DNA from: Candidatus Nanoarchaeia archaeon | GTDB lineage: Archaea; Nanobdellota; Nanobdellia; SCGC-AAA011-G17; GW2011-AR18 | Reading direction: 5' to 3' | DNA: 64,000 nt | Assembly: GCA_035288845.1 (NCBI GenBank) | Contig: DATDZB010000001.1 | Span: 9,092-73,091, forward strand | Shown: positions 9,657 through 19,052 of the stretch, piece after piece | Layout of the letters: every line of letters begins with the position of its first letter | Position numbering within the stretch: position 1 is the stretch's first letter | Notes under the pieces: generated by a model | What the model was told of the DNA's origin: nothing | Seen by the model: only the letters and a program-made list of their open reading frames with translations | The model's database searches: none | Made by a program: the position numbers and the translations under genes

Positions 9657-10116
9657 AACCCATTTAGCTTTAGGTTTTTTAATTGGTATTTTAACTAGTG
9701 AGTTTTTAGGTGGTTCACATCCGATAATTTATATTATTTTAGTAACATTTTTTAGTTCTCTTCCAGATATAGATCATCCTAAAAGTAAAATAGGAAGAAA
9801 ATTTCCATTTATTTCTTGGCCAATAAATCTTATTTTTAGCCATAGGGGTTTCTTTCATTCAGTATTTCCTCCAATAATTTTACTTATAGTTTTTAAGTAC
9901 TTCAATTTAGACATAATTGCTTATCCTATTGCAGTAGGTTATATTGCACATCTACTAGGTGACACTATAACAAAAGAAGGAATAACTTTCTTCCATCCAG
10001 TGTCAAAATTTAGATTACGTGGTCCAATGAGAACTGGAAGATTCTTAGAACATATAATTATGGGCCTTATTTTAGTAGTAGATGTTATATTAATATTAAA
10101 ACTATTAAATTTTTAA
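9631..10116 (+). CDS. Membrane-bound metal-dependent hydrolase (DUF457/YdjM-like).
   Basis: Multiple TM segments carry HRGFFHS and HLLGD motifs. The true start is probably MMYKTHLALG near 9649. Confidence 0.5.
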   Translation: MLNCKMMYKTHLALGFLIGILTSEFLGGSHPIIYIILVTFFSSLPDIDHPKSKIGRKFPFISWPINLIFSHRGFFHSVFPPIILLIVFKYFNLDIIAYPIAVGYIAHLLGDTITKEGITFFHPVSKFRLRGPMRTGRFLEHIIMGLILVVDVILILKLLNF

Positions 10117-10138
10117 ATAGTAGTTTTTTCTCAGTTTA

Positions 10139-10801
10139 GTGGTATCAATAATAATTCCAGCATGTAACGAGGAAATGTACTTAGAGAATACACTAAAAAG
10201 TATTAAAAATCAGAATTTTAAAAACCATGAAATAATTGTTGTTTGTGATGGTTGTACAGATAATACTGAAAAAATAGCAAAAAAATACAAAACTAAAATA
10301 GTCAATTTAAAAGAAAGAACTGGCCCAGCAAATGCCAAAAATAAAGGTGTAGAAAAAGCAGATTACAATAAACTAGTATTTTTAGATGCAGATACTTTAT
10401 TATCAGAAGGAATTTTAAATAATATAGATAAAATTCTTAATTCAGAAAAAGAAATAATAGGAACTTGTATAATAAAACCATCAAATAGAAAATTAAAACA
10501 TAAAATTGCTATGTCTATTAAAAATACTTTTTTCTGCCCGCTAGGAAAATCTAATGGAATAATATTTTGTAAAAAATCTACATTTGAAAAATTTAAAGGA
10601 TTTAATAATTCATTAAAACAAGCAGAAGATTGGGACTTTGTTAGAAGAATAAAAAAACAAGGAAAATATATAATTCTAAAAAATCCAGTAATAAGTTCTA
10701 CAAGAAGATTTGAAGAAAAAGGATATACCTATACTACCGTTTACTGGATAAAACAAATGTTAAAACCAAAACTAGACAAAGATTATGAAATAATTAGATA
10801 G
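10139..10801 (+). CDS. Family 2 glycosyltransferase (GTG start).
   Basis: VSIIIPACNEE is followed by a DGCTDNT and DAD (DxD) motif. Confidence 0.65.
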   Translation: MVSIIIPACNEEMYLENTLKSIKNQNFKNHEIIVVCDGCTDNTEKIAKKYKTKIVNLKERTGPANAKNKGVEKADYNKLVFLDADTLLSEGILNNIDKILNSEKEIIGTCIIKPSNRKLKHKIAMSIKNTFFCPLGKSNGIIFCKKSTFEKFKGFNNSLKQAEDWDFVRRIKKQGKYIILKNPVISSTRRFEEKGYTYTTVYWIKQMLKPKLDKDYEIIR

Positions 10802-11332
10802 CTAAATCAAAATTCTCCAATTTTCTTTATAATATTTAAACTTCTTTTCAAATTCTTCTCTTGGTGTTAATTCCAAGTTTAAAGATTTTAAAATCTCTTT
10901 AAGATATTCTTCAGTTTTTTCTTTATCTTGTTCAGAAGACATTTTCTCTAATTCTAAAATATAACCATAACCTTTTGTAAAATCTACAGAAATACTAATA
11001 TCGTTCCATTTGAAATCGGTTCTTTCTCTAAACCATTTAATTCCAACATCAAATCCAAGAAGTTTTAATAATCTTTCACTTTTTGAAAAATCATCTTTGT
11101 CAAATTTAATTTCTATTTCTTCCCTTTGATGGTCATGAACTTTTCCAGATTTCCAAACCAATTTAGAAAAGTAATCATTTTTCTGAATTCTAAAGTCTTC
11201 TTTGCAATCAAAATAATAAGTTTCCTGGTTGTCTTTTTTTAAGAATTCAGCATTTTTAGTAAAGAAATCAAGTAATTCATTATATTTTTGTTCAGAAATG
11301 AAGACTTTAAGCTCAACTTCTATATTATTCAT
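10802..11332 (-). CDS. CYTH-domain protein (CyaB/thiamine-triphosphatase-like triphosphate tunnel enzyme).
   Basis: There is an N-terminal EVELKV motif and an acidic EEIEIKF repeat pattern. The protein is about 175 aa. Confidence 0.5.
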   Translation of the reverse strand: MNNIEVELKVFISEQKYNELLDFFTKNAEFLKKDNQETYYFDCKEDFRIQKNDYFSKLVWKSGKVHDHQREEIEIKFDKDDFSKSERLLKLLGFDVGIKWFRERTDFKWNDISISVDFTKGYGYILELEKMSSEQDKEKTEEYLKEILKSLNLELTPREEFEKKFKYYKENWRILI

Positions 11333-11377
11333 AGATTATAGTTGGTCTTTAATTATTTAAGAATTTAGATAATAAAA

Positions 11378-11430
11378 AATAAATAAAATAAAAAAATAGT
11401 TGGTTACGCTAGTCGTAACGAGAAACTTTT
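11378..11430 (-). terminator. Hairpin plus oligo-U terminator downstream of the zinc-ribbon gene.
   Basis: On the minus strand, CGTTACGACTAGCGTAAC forms a perfect 6-bp stem with a 5-nt loop. It is followed by a T-rich run (TTTTTTTATTTTATTTATTTTTT). Confidence 0.35.
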
Positions 11431-11440
11431 AAGTATGAAC

Positions 11441-11608
11441 TTATTGTTGATCTCTTTTACTTTGGTAACATTCTTTGCAATAAACTGGCTTACCTTCTTT
11501 AGGTTTGAATGGTACTTCACATTCATTACCACATTCAGAGCAAGTTGCTTTATGCATTTCCCTTGGGCCAAAATTTCTTCTTGGACCGCCTCTGTTAAAT
11601 CTATCCAT
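11441..11608 (-). CDS. Small RGG-rich zinc-ribbon protein (CxxC-x17-CxxC family), 55 aa. It is not in the ORF track.
   Basis: The sequence is MDRFNRGGPRRNFGPREMHKATCSECGNECEVPFKPKEGKPVYCKECYQSKRDQQ, with two CxxC pairs spaced 17 aa apart. The two listed 60-70 aa ORFs here are other-frame artefacts. Confidence 0.6.
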   Translation of the reverse strand: MDRFNRGGPRRNFGPREMHKATCSECGNECEVPFKPKEGKPVYCKECYQSKRDQQ

Positions 11609-11789
11609 TTTTCCTCCATGGTTCCATAAGTGGCTTTTACACCCTATATGTACTAATATAATTGAAATAAACCAATATTTATAAAACTATCTTTTAGGAA
11701 TTTGAAGGGATATAGGATATATTTTAGATAAATTTTATATAGGTTAATTTTAAACGAAAATAAAGATTTTATGTTAAAAGAGGCTTAAA

Positions 11790-12074
11790 ATGACTGGAAA
11801 TCCCGAAACCAAACATGATACTGTAGGCTATTATGCTGTTATTAGAAGCCCTAAGTCTGGGGTTTATTGGTCTGTATATTCTCCTAGTGCTGCAGGTTTA
11901 CAAGAAGACTTAACTAGAAAGAAAGCATTGGAATGGGAAGTATTAGCCCAATATGTTGATGTAAAAAATGGAACTGGAACAAAAATTACTCGTGCAGTTG
12001 ATGAATTGAATAGAAGAATGAGTGAAATAGATCCAGCACAAGCAAAAAAATATTTGGAAAAATTACTTGATTAA
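11790..12074 (+). CDS. Hypothetical protein.
   Basis: It is a 94-aa ORF. Its composition is richer in G/A/V/W than its neighbours. Confidence 0.4.
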   Translation: MTGNPETKHDTVGYYAVIRSPKSGVYWSVYSPSAAGLQEDLTRKKALEWEVLAQYVDVKNGTGTKITRAVDELNRRMSEIDPAQAKKYLEKLLD

Positions 12075-12412
12075 ACTTTCTTCACAATATCTGGTATTTT
12101 TAATTTAGGTACTTTAGACACACCCCAACCAAAAATAGCTTTCCATAAATTTTTATTTTGTTTTCTGTAATTTGAAAAAGAAATTTCTAATGCTAAATTA
12201 AATTCAAAAATTGCTTCTGAAAGTTGAGTTCTATTTAATATTGCACTTTGATCTTGATGTGAAAAAGCTAATTTTAGAAGATAATATAACTCATTAGTTA
12301 TTGCAATTATTTGAGATTTATCAAAAGCTTGTCCTCTTATTATATTTGCTTGTTTTTTAAGAAAGTCACACAACTCATCAAAATTAAAATTTCTAGCCAT
12401 AGAAAAAGACAT
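12071..12412 (-). CDS. Hypothetical protein.
   Basis: It is a 113-aa ORF with no recognisable motif. Confidence 0.4.
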   Translation of the reverse strand: MSFSMARNFNFDELCDFLKKQANIIRGQAFDKSQIIAITNELYYLLKLAFSHQDQSAILNRTQLSEAIFEFNLALEISFSNYRKQNKNLWKAIFGWGVSKVPKLKIPDIVKKV

Positions 12413-12484
12413 AATTTAAACATATTAAATAATTTATCTTATTAAAGATAGATAATAAACTAAAGAATTAAAAAAGTTATCGTT

Positions 12485-12682
12485 TTATTTGAAAATTAGT
12501 TTGTCAATTTTGGTTGTAAATAAAAGAAACCAGACTAATACAAAAGCAATAGGTAAAGAATAATAGCCTATTTCAAAAGATTTAGAGATTAAGTAATCGA
12601 CTAATCCAATAACGAATAAAAAAAATGTAAGTGCTGCAGTTAGTAAAAGTCTACTATTTCTAATTCTCTCTTTTAATTTCAT
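12485..12682 (-). CDS. Small membrane protein.
   Basis: The protein is 65 aa and has two hydrophobic helices. Confidence 0.3.
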   Translation of the reverse strand: MKLKERIRNSRLLLTAALTFFLFVIGLVDYLISKSFEIGYYSLPIAFVLVWFLLFTTKIDKLIFK

Positions 12683-12992
12683 AAATTAAATAATATTAAG
12701 GAGTATTTATTTATATTGTAAACTTTTCAATATTTTCTACAAAACCAATTTTAAATCTAAAAATAATCAATAACTAGAAGCGAAAATAACAACTACAAAA
12801 TATAGTTTTCATAACAACATACGACGACACGACATCCCACCCTCATAGAGTTTATATATAAAATTCCCAATCATAGTTTCATACCTCATTGAAAAAGAAC
12901 CTAACAGGAATAAGAGGTAAAATTCGATTTCCTAAGTAAGTTCTCTTGAGGGGTTATGAAACAAAAAGCGAAAGCAAAGGAGAGTAAAAAAT

Positions 12993-13277
12993 ATGGCAAG
13001 ACCAATAAAAAAGTTTAGATCAGGTCAACTAGAAGTTGCAATCTGGTTAAATGAAAGACAAATAAAAGACGACACAATTGTAGGTTTTAAAACAGTAAGC
13101 CTAAGAAAATCTTGGAAAGACGAAAAAAACGTTTGGAGAGATTCTACAATACAACTTAGAAAACACGATATTCCAAGAATTCTTGTTTTAATGAACAAAA
13201 CTATGGAAGAATTACTTTTAACACAAGAAGAAAAAGCACACGAAGATAAAGAAGAGGAGGATGAAGAAAATGAGTAG
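12993..13277 (+). CDS. Small basic protein with an acidic C-terminal tail, translationally coupled to radA.
   Basis: The protein is 94 aa and ends in the tail [12 protein letters not shown]. Its stop overlaps the radA start by 17 nt. Confidence 0.5.
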   Translation: MARPIKKFRSGQLEVAIWLNERQIKDDTIVGFKTVSLRKSWKDEKNVWRDSTIQLRKHDIPRILVLMNKTMEELLLTQEEKAHEDKEEEDEENE

Positions 13278-14277
13278 AAAAACTGAAATACTAGAGCAAG
13301 TTCAAGAGATTATGCCACAAAATACTAAAGAAAATAAAGTTATGACTGTAGAAGATTTACCAGGTGTAGGTCCAGCAACAGCTGAAAAATTAAAAGAATC
13401 AGGATTTGATACTTTACTTTCTTTAGCAGTAGCATCACCAGGTGAACTAGTTGAAGCTGGCGGATTAACAGAAGCAACAGCAAGAAAAGTAATCAAAGCT
13501 TCTAGAGACGCAATGAATATGGGTTTCGAATCTGGTGACGAAATAATGGAAAAGAGAAAAAGCATTATTAAAATCCTGACAAATTCTAAAGCTTTAGATT
13601 CTTTGTTTGGTGGTGGAATAGAAAGCGGAGCAATTACTGAATGTTATGGGGAATTTGGTTCTGGAAAATCTTCATTAGCACATCAACTAGCTGTAAATGT
13701 TCAATTACCAAAAGATCAAGGTGGAGTTGAAGGAACAGCAGTTTGGTTAGATACAGAATCAACATTTAGGCCTGAAAGAATTAAACAAATTGCAGAATCA
13801 AATGGTTTAGATGCAGAAAAAATGTTAAAGAACATTAAAGTTGCAAGATGTTTTAATTCAGATCATCAAATGCTTTTAGCAGAAAAAGTTGAAGATTTAA
13901 TTAAAGAAGGACAAAATATAAAATTAGTAATTGTTGATTCACTTATGTCTCACTTCAGAGCAGATTTTTCTGGTCGTGGTCAATTAGCAGATAGACAACA
14001 AAAACTAAACAAACACTTACACCAACTACAAAAATTAGCATCAAGCTACAATCTAGCAGTTTATGTAACAAACCAAGTAATGTCAAAACCAGATACTTTC
14101 TTTGGAGACCCAACTGCAGCTGTAGGTGGGCATATTGTAGCACATAACTCAACTTATAGAGTTTACTTGAGAAAAGGAAAAAAAGGAACAAGGGTAGCTA
14201 AAATGATTGATGCCCCGCAGTTACCTGAGACAGAAGCAATATTCCAAGTAACAGAAAAAGGTTTAGAAGACGTTTAG
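13261..14277 (+). CDS. radA: DNA repair and recombination protein RadA.
   Basis: The N-terminal HhH motif is [20 protein letters not shown]. Walker A is [14 protein letters not shown]. Walker B is [12 protein letters not shown]. Confidence 0.9.
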   Translation: MKKMSRKTEILEQVQEIMPQNTKENKVMTVEDLPGVGPATAEKLKESGFDTLLSLAVASPGELVEAGGLTEATARKVIKASRDAMNMGFESGDEIMEKRKSIIKILTNSKALDSLFGGGIESGAITECYGEFGSGKSSLAHQLAVNVQLPKDQGGVEGTAVWLDTESTFRPERIKQIAESNGLDAEKMLKNIKVARCFNSDHQMLLAEKVEDLIKEGQNIKLVIVDSLMSHFRADFSGRGQLADRQQKLNKHLHQLQKLASSYNLAVYVTNQVMSKPDTFFGDPTAAVGGHIVAHNSTYRVYLRKGKKGTRVAKMIDAPQLPETEAIFQVTEKGLEDV

Positions 14278-14372
14278 TTCTTCTATTTTTATTTTTTCAT
14301 TTAGTTAAATTTATTAAAACTTTAAGTTACAAGCGTAGATAGTTATTAATATTTGAAATTCTTTAATTTATT

Positions 14373-15248
14373 ATGGAAAAAGTTCGTGATTTTATTAAAA
14401 AAAATCCAAAAACGTCTATAACTGGAATAGTTGCAGGTGTATTAGCAATAGCATTATTAATTAATCAAAGATTACAAAAACAAGAAACAGAATTAAATAA
14501 AAAAATTGCGGAATTAACTAGAACTGCATCAACATCAGAAAGACAACCAAATCTACCGCATTATATACAAATAGATAGTTCAACAACATGGAAAGAAGCA
14601 TTCACAAAAATTTCTACAGAAGCACAAACAAGAGCTAAACTAAGAGAAAGAATACAAGAAATTATAAAAGAACTTAACTTAGAACCACAACTCGACCCAA
14701 AAAATACCATTTTTGGCACGCCTAGTTTTGAAAAATTAGAAACTATTTGGAAAAAAGATATTCAAATTGCAAAATTATTACCGGGCATAAATCCAGAATA
14801 TTTCAAACAGTATATGGAACATTTTTCAAGAGCAGATGGACTTTCTCAATGGACAATTCAGGAAATTATAAAAATCATTATTGAATCTTTAGATGTAAAA
14901 GGAGAATTAAATTGGTTAGATATCTATAATTTTACTATGAGGTTACAAGAGTATAAAGGAAAATATAATCCAAAGTCTCACGATCCAAGAATATTTTTAA
15001 TTGATATATTAATAGAAGAAATAACAATAGACTACATAACTGCAGTTAATTACAAAAGAGATTTACAAAAAACTTTGAGAGAGGTTCAAGAGCTAATAAG
15101 AATTGTAGAGTCACAAAAAATGTCAGATGAAAAAGATATATCTGAGCTTTATAATTATGAAAATAAAATTCTAGACTATTTATCTAGATTAGAAATATAT
15201 GAAGAATTTTTAAGACAGAAAAAAGAAGAATTAAAATCAATGAATTAA
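14373..15248 (+). CDS. Hypothetical protein.
   Basis: It is a 291-aa ORF that is mostly helical. Confidence 0.45.
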   Translation: MEKVRDFIKKNPKTSITGIVAGVLAIALLINQRLQKQETELNKKIAELTRTASTSERQPNLPHYIQIDSSTTWKEAFTKISTEAQTRAKLRERIQEIIKELNLEPQLDPKNTIFGTPSFEKLETIWKKDIQIAKLLPGINPEYFKQYMEHFSRADGLSQWTIQEIIKIIIESLDVKGELNWLDIYNFTMRLQEYKGKYNPKSHDPRIFLIDILIEEITIDYITAVNYKRDLQKTLREVQELIRIVESQKMSDEKDISELYNYENKILDYLSRLEIYEEFLRQKKEELKSMN

Positions 15249-15781
15249 ACCTTCTTATCATCAAATCCAAAAAAATACCCAACATATTTTACAATTAAAT
15301 GTCCCAAAGTCCAGACAATTAAAACCCAAAAAGAAATTTCTAAATAATTAGTAAAATAAAAAGGAACAAATAGTATAACTAAACCTAAAGCACTATTAAC
15401 TTGATCTAAAAAATAAAAACTTTCTCCAGATTTAAAATTAAATCTTCTTTTAATAAAACTACCAATCAAATCCCCAAATAAAACAGAAAATCCAATTAAA
15501 AAACCAAATAGAATGAAATTAATAGAATTATAATTAACTAAACTTAAAGCATTAAAATAATAAGTTCCAAAAAGTAATTTTTGTAAATAAACAACTAAAA
15601 TACTAAATAAAATTCCAAAGAAAAACCCACGAAAAGTTTTATTCTCTCCAAATAATCTATTTTTCCCAAGTTTAAAACCGAAATCAACTGGATAATTTAA
15701 AAAATTAATTTTACGAGCAATAACAGGCACTATATTAGCAATCGCAGCAGGAATTAACAAATAAACAATTTGTAATAACAT
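15245..15781 (-). CDS. carS: CDP-archaeol synthase.
   Basis: The motifs GENKTFRGFFFG and GDLIGSFIKRRFN closely match the CarS GKTWRG / GDLxGSFIKRR signature. It is a polytopic membrane protein of about 178 aa. Confidence 0.8.
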   Translation of the reverse strand: MLLQIVYLLIPAAIANIVPVIARKINFLNYPVDFGFKLGKNRLFGENKTFRGFFFGILFSILVVYLQKLLFGTYYFNALSLVNYNSINFILFGFLIGFSVLFGDLIGSFIKRRFNFKSGESFYFLDQVNSALGLVILFVPFYFTNYLEISFWVLIVWTLGHLIVKYVGYFFGFDDKKV

Positions 15782-16830
15782 TATCTTTTTTCCTTATTTA
15801 TTAACATATCAATTAAACTAAACGTTTGGGTATTATCCCACCTTTCTAATTTATAGTTATATTGTTTAAGATTCATAATAAAATCAACTACATGGTTCTC
15901 ATTCAAATCTGTATAAAATTCACCAAATTTCTTTTCCTGAATATATAATGAATTTAATACTTGTTCAAAATGTTTTTTAATAGGAACTACTAAAATAGGT
16001 TTTCCCAAATATAAAGATTCACTAATTAAAGTAAATCCGCCGTTTGTAATCACAGCCTTACAATTTACAAGATCTTTAAGGAAATCTTTTCCATCATTAA
16101 ATTTTTTAAAAAATAAATTTCCAACAACTTTATCTTTGTCAAAACCATAAATAATAAATTTATAATTAATTCTTTTTAAAATATCAATTAACTTGTCATA
16201 ACTTTTAGTAGATTGATAAACAAAAACATAATCTCTACTTTCGGTTTTCTTAACATCTAAAATTTCTTTTCTAATTATTGGTTTTATTTGAAATGAATCT
16301 TGTCTGTTTTCAATATGTGTTCCAGGTAAACACATTACTAAATTATATTTGGCTTTAAACAATATTGTTTTAATTATCATTAAAGCTTTTATTTTACTTA
16401 ATCTATAAATATCTGGGCAATTATAGTTTCCATAAATTAAAAAATGTTGGTTATTAATATTAATTAAAGGCTTATTAAGTTCATTTGCAATATAACCACT
16501 AAAGCTTTCCATGTCTGAAAAAACAATATCTGGATTAAATTTTTCTACAGCTCGCCTAGTATCACCAAGTTTTTCAAAAGTCTTTCTAGAAAGTTTTCTT
16601 AAATTAGCAATTGCAGTTTTAAAATTGAGAATTGCATTTTTTTTAAATATAATTTCTAACCCTTCTATGTTGTGAACATCATTATGATATCTTTTAAAAT
16701 AATTATATGCTCTTCCGCTAGTAATAATCATAACTTTATGCTTTTTTTTCTTAAGATGATCAATAATTACCTTGCTTCTAATAGCATGGCCCATTCCCAC
16801 ACTTAAAACCCCATATAGTATCTTAGCCAT
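15781..16830 (-). CDS. Glycosyltransferase (GT1/GT28 MurG-like fold), co-oriented with carS and abutting it.
   Basis: The N-terminus is MAKILYGVLSVGMGHAIRSKVI (G-x-G-H-x-x-R). There is a C-terminal nucleotide-sugar binding region (GGFTLISESLYLGKPILVVP). Confidence 0.6.
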   Translation of the reverse strand: MAKILYGVLSVGMGHAIRSKVIIDHLKKKKHKVMIITSGRAYNYFKRYHNDVHNIEGLEIIFKKNAILNFKTAIANLRKLSRKTFEKLGDTRRAVEKFNPDIVFSDMESFSGYIANELNKPLININNQHFLIYGNYNCPDIYRLSKIKALMIIKTILFKAKYNLVMCLPGTHIENRQDSFQIKPIIRKEILDVKKTESRDYVFVYQSTKSYDKLIDILKRINYKFIIYGFDKDKVVGNLFFKKFNDGKDFLKDLVNCKAVITNGGFTLISESLYLGKPILVVPIKKHFEQVLNSLYIQEKKFGEFYTDLNENHVVDFIMNLKQYNYKLERWDNTQTFSLIDMLINKEKR

Positions 16831-16878
16831 TAGAAATATACCTCTACACTAATCTAGTATAGTTAAATTTATAAATAT

Positions 16879-17067
16879 TTGGAAAGTCTCAAGAATATGA
16901 ATAAACAAATTACTTGCAATTCTTGTAATGTAAAGATAATGAACTTGACAGGATCTGTTATTTTTAAGTGTCCTAGCTGCAGTGAAACAGAGATTATAAG
17001 ATGCGACCATTGTAGAAGGATAGTTGCTAAATATCATTGTTCTAAATGTAACTTTGTAGGTCCTTAA
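16879..17067 (+). CDS. Zn-ribbon protein (COG2888-like), the usual neighbour of aEF-1beta.
   Basis: There are four CxxC pairs, and it ends in YHCSKCNFVGP. It is immediately upstream of the EF-1beta gene. Confidence 0.6.
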   Translation: MESLKNMNKQITCNSCNVKIMNLTGSVIFKCPSCSETEIIRCDHCRRIVAKYHCSKCNFVGP

Positions 17068-17068
17068 G

Positions 17069-17362
17069 ATGTCAACAAATAAGCCACCGACAAAGATGTT
17101 TATTACTATCAAAATTATGCCAGAATCTCCAGAAGTAGATCTAGAACATCTTAAAAATCATATTAAAGAAGTTGCTGACGCTTTTGAAGCATCTATGAAT
17201 CCAAAAACAGAAATTGAACCTGTTGCTTTTGGTTTAGAAGCTCTAAAAGTTACTTTATTATTAGATGAAACTAAAGGTTCTGAAGAGTTATGTGAAGAAA
17301 TAGCTAAAATACATGGTGTTAGCTCTGCAGAAGTTATTGATATGAGAAGATTAATTTCATAA
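17069..17362 (+). CDS. ef1b: Elongation factor 1-beta (aEF-1B).
   Basis: It has IKIMPESPEVDLEHLKNHIKEV, EPVAFGLEALKV and VIDMRR motifs. It is 97 aa. Confidence 0.8.
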   Translation: MSTNKPPTKMFITIKIMPESPEVDLEHLKNHIKEVADAFEASMNPKTEIEPVAFGLEALKVTLLLDETKGSEELCEEIAKIHGVSSAEVIDMRRLIS

Positions 17363-17372
17363 ACTTATTTTT

Positions 17373-18185
17373 ATGTATTTCAATAGAATAATATTTTGGT
17401 GTGAATTCCCTAAAGAAGTAAATTGGCAGAAATTTAATAAAATTCTAAACTTTCCAATTGAAATTTATATTGCTTCTAACACAAAAAAAGAATTCTTAAA
17501 ATGGAAATCAAAAATTAAAAATAAAAACGTTAAAGAAATAGGAGTATGGCCGACTTTAAGTTTAGAACAAGGTTATTGGTTTTCTTCATATCTTTCCAAA
17601 GAAAATATAAACAAATTAAAAGAATTTGAAAAAATTAATATGAAAATAGATTTAGAACCGCCATTATTAACTAAAAGTTATAACTTCTTTAAACTTGCAA
17701 GAATTTATACAAAATTTATATTGTTTAAAAGATCAAAAAATAAAACCTACCTAAACCAAACAATAAATGAAATAAGTAAATCTAATAAAATAATTTTAAG
17801 CGGATTTCCATTTCCAAAATTTTTAAGCTCATTTTATGGAGATGTTCATCTTGATGGAAAAAATATTTACAGAAACTTCTTTATTTACAGCACATTAATT
17901 CCTAAACCTTTAAGAGCAATTTCAAGATTATATTTTAAATATTTTATAAAAAAATCACTTAAGAAATTTACTGAAGAAAAAACTTTATTTGCAGTTGGAT
18001 GTATTGGCCATGGAATTCTAGGAAATGAACCAAAATATAATAATATAAATGAACTTGATAAAGATTTAAAATTTCTATTAAAAAATAAAGTAAAAAATGT
18101 TGTAATATTTGATTTAGCAGGCACAATGAATAGAGATAAACCTCAGGAATGGCTAAATACTATTAAAAAATACCAAAACCAATAA
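17373..18185 (+). CDS. Hypothetical protein.
   Basis: It is a 270-aa ORF. Confidence 0.45.
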   Translation: MYFNRIIFWCEFPKEVNWQKFNKILNFPIEIYIASNTKKEFLKWKSKIKNKNVKEIGVWPTLSLEQGYWFSSYLSKENINKLKEFEKINMKIDLEPPLLTKSYNFFKLARIYTKFILFKRSKNKTYLNQTINEISKSNKIILSGFPFPKFLSSFYGDVHLDGKNIYRNFFIYSTLIPKPLRAISRLYFKYFIKKSLKKFTEEKTLFAVGCIGHGILGNEPKYNNINELDKDLKFLLKNKVKNVVIFDLAGTMNRDKPQEWLNTIKKYQNQ

Positions 18186-18215
18186 ACTTAAAACTTCTAT
18201 CAATTTAATAAAAAC

Positions 18216-18821
18216 ATGTCACAATTATCAAAAGAACAATTAAAAGAAATTGAAGATTATCTAAAAACTTTCCCTGAAAATCAAAGAAAGGAAAAAGAAA
18301 TAGAAATAAAAAAACAATTAGAAAATCAAACTACCCAATGTCCATTTTGTTTAATGTCTGAAGGAAAAATAGAAACAACTAAAATTTTTGAAGATCCAGG
18401 TTTTCTAGCAGTTTTAGAAATAAACCCGGCAAACAGAGGACATACCATTTTAATGTCAAAAAGACATATTAAATCAATATCAGAATTAAATGAACCAGAA
18501 ACAGATCATTTAGGAAAAATAATAAAAAAACTATCAACAGCAATAAACTTAACAGCAGAAGGCGTAAATGTTCTTTATTCGGAAGGAAAAGCTTCAGGTC
18601 AAAGATTTGAACATTTTACAGTTAATATAATTCCAAGAATTTCTAAAGACAAAGTAAATATTGAATGGCAGCCAAGTAAAATAGAAAAACAGGATTTAGA
18701 AAAAATTAAGCAGGAGATAATAAGTAGAATACCAAAAGAAATTCCAAAAAATATTCCTCAACCATTAAAACAAGATTATCTAAAAAGTGAATTAATGAAA
18801 ATGAAAAAAAGATTACCTTAA
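18216..18821 (+). CDS. HIT-family-like protein with an N-terminal coiled-coil extension.
   Basis: It has CPFCLMSEGKIETTKIFEDPGFLAVLEINPANRGHTILMSKRH. The histidine triad is degenerate (FEHFTVNIIPR). Confidence 0.5.
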   Translation: MSQLSKEQLKEIEDYLKTFPENQRKEKEIEIKKQLENQTTQCPFCLMSEGKIETTKIFEDPGFLAVLEINPANRGHTILMSKRHIKSISELNEPETDHLGKIIKKLSTAINLTAEGVNVLYSEGKASGQRFEHFTVNIIPRISKDKVNIEWQPSKIEKQDLEKIKQEIISRIPKEIPKNIPQPLKQDYLKSELMKMKKRLP

Positions 18822-19013
18822 TTTGTTTGTAATAAAAGTTAGTAAATAGAAAAATCCAAAAACTACTATAGATATAACCAATAATTGTAAGATTATATAA
18901 ATAATTCCTAAAGGAAAGGTAATTGCCTTATTTTCATAAAAATAACTAACACCACGAATTACAAAACTAGCTATAATAGAACTAACAATAAGTACTTTAG
19001 TTTCTCTTTCCAT
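18813..19013 (-). CDS. Small membrane protein.
   Basis: It is 66 aa and has two TM helices. Confidence 0.3.
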   Translation of the reverse strand: MERETKVLIVSSIIASFVIRGVSYFYENKAITFPLGIIYIILQLLVISIVVFGFFYLLTFITNKLR

Positions 19014-19052
19014 AAATAATAATTGTAATGCTTGTTTATTAAACTTATTTAT

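Noticed and set aside
11404-11629. Two listed ORFs, 71 aa on the minus strand and 64 aa on the plus strand, overlapping each other.
   Set aside because: Both are alternative frames of the region encoding the 55-aa CxxC-x17-CxxC zinc-ribbon protein on the minus strand (11441-11608). Neither has features of a real protein.
18216-18821. A firm HIT hydrolase assignment.
   Set aside because: The HxHxHxx triad is not intact (FEHFTVNII). I left it as HIT-like with moderate confidence.
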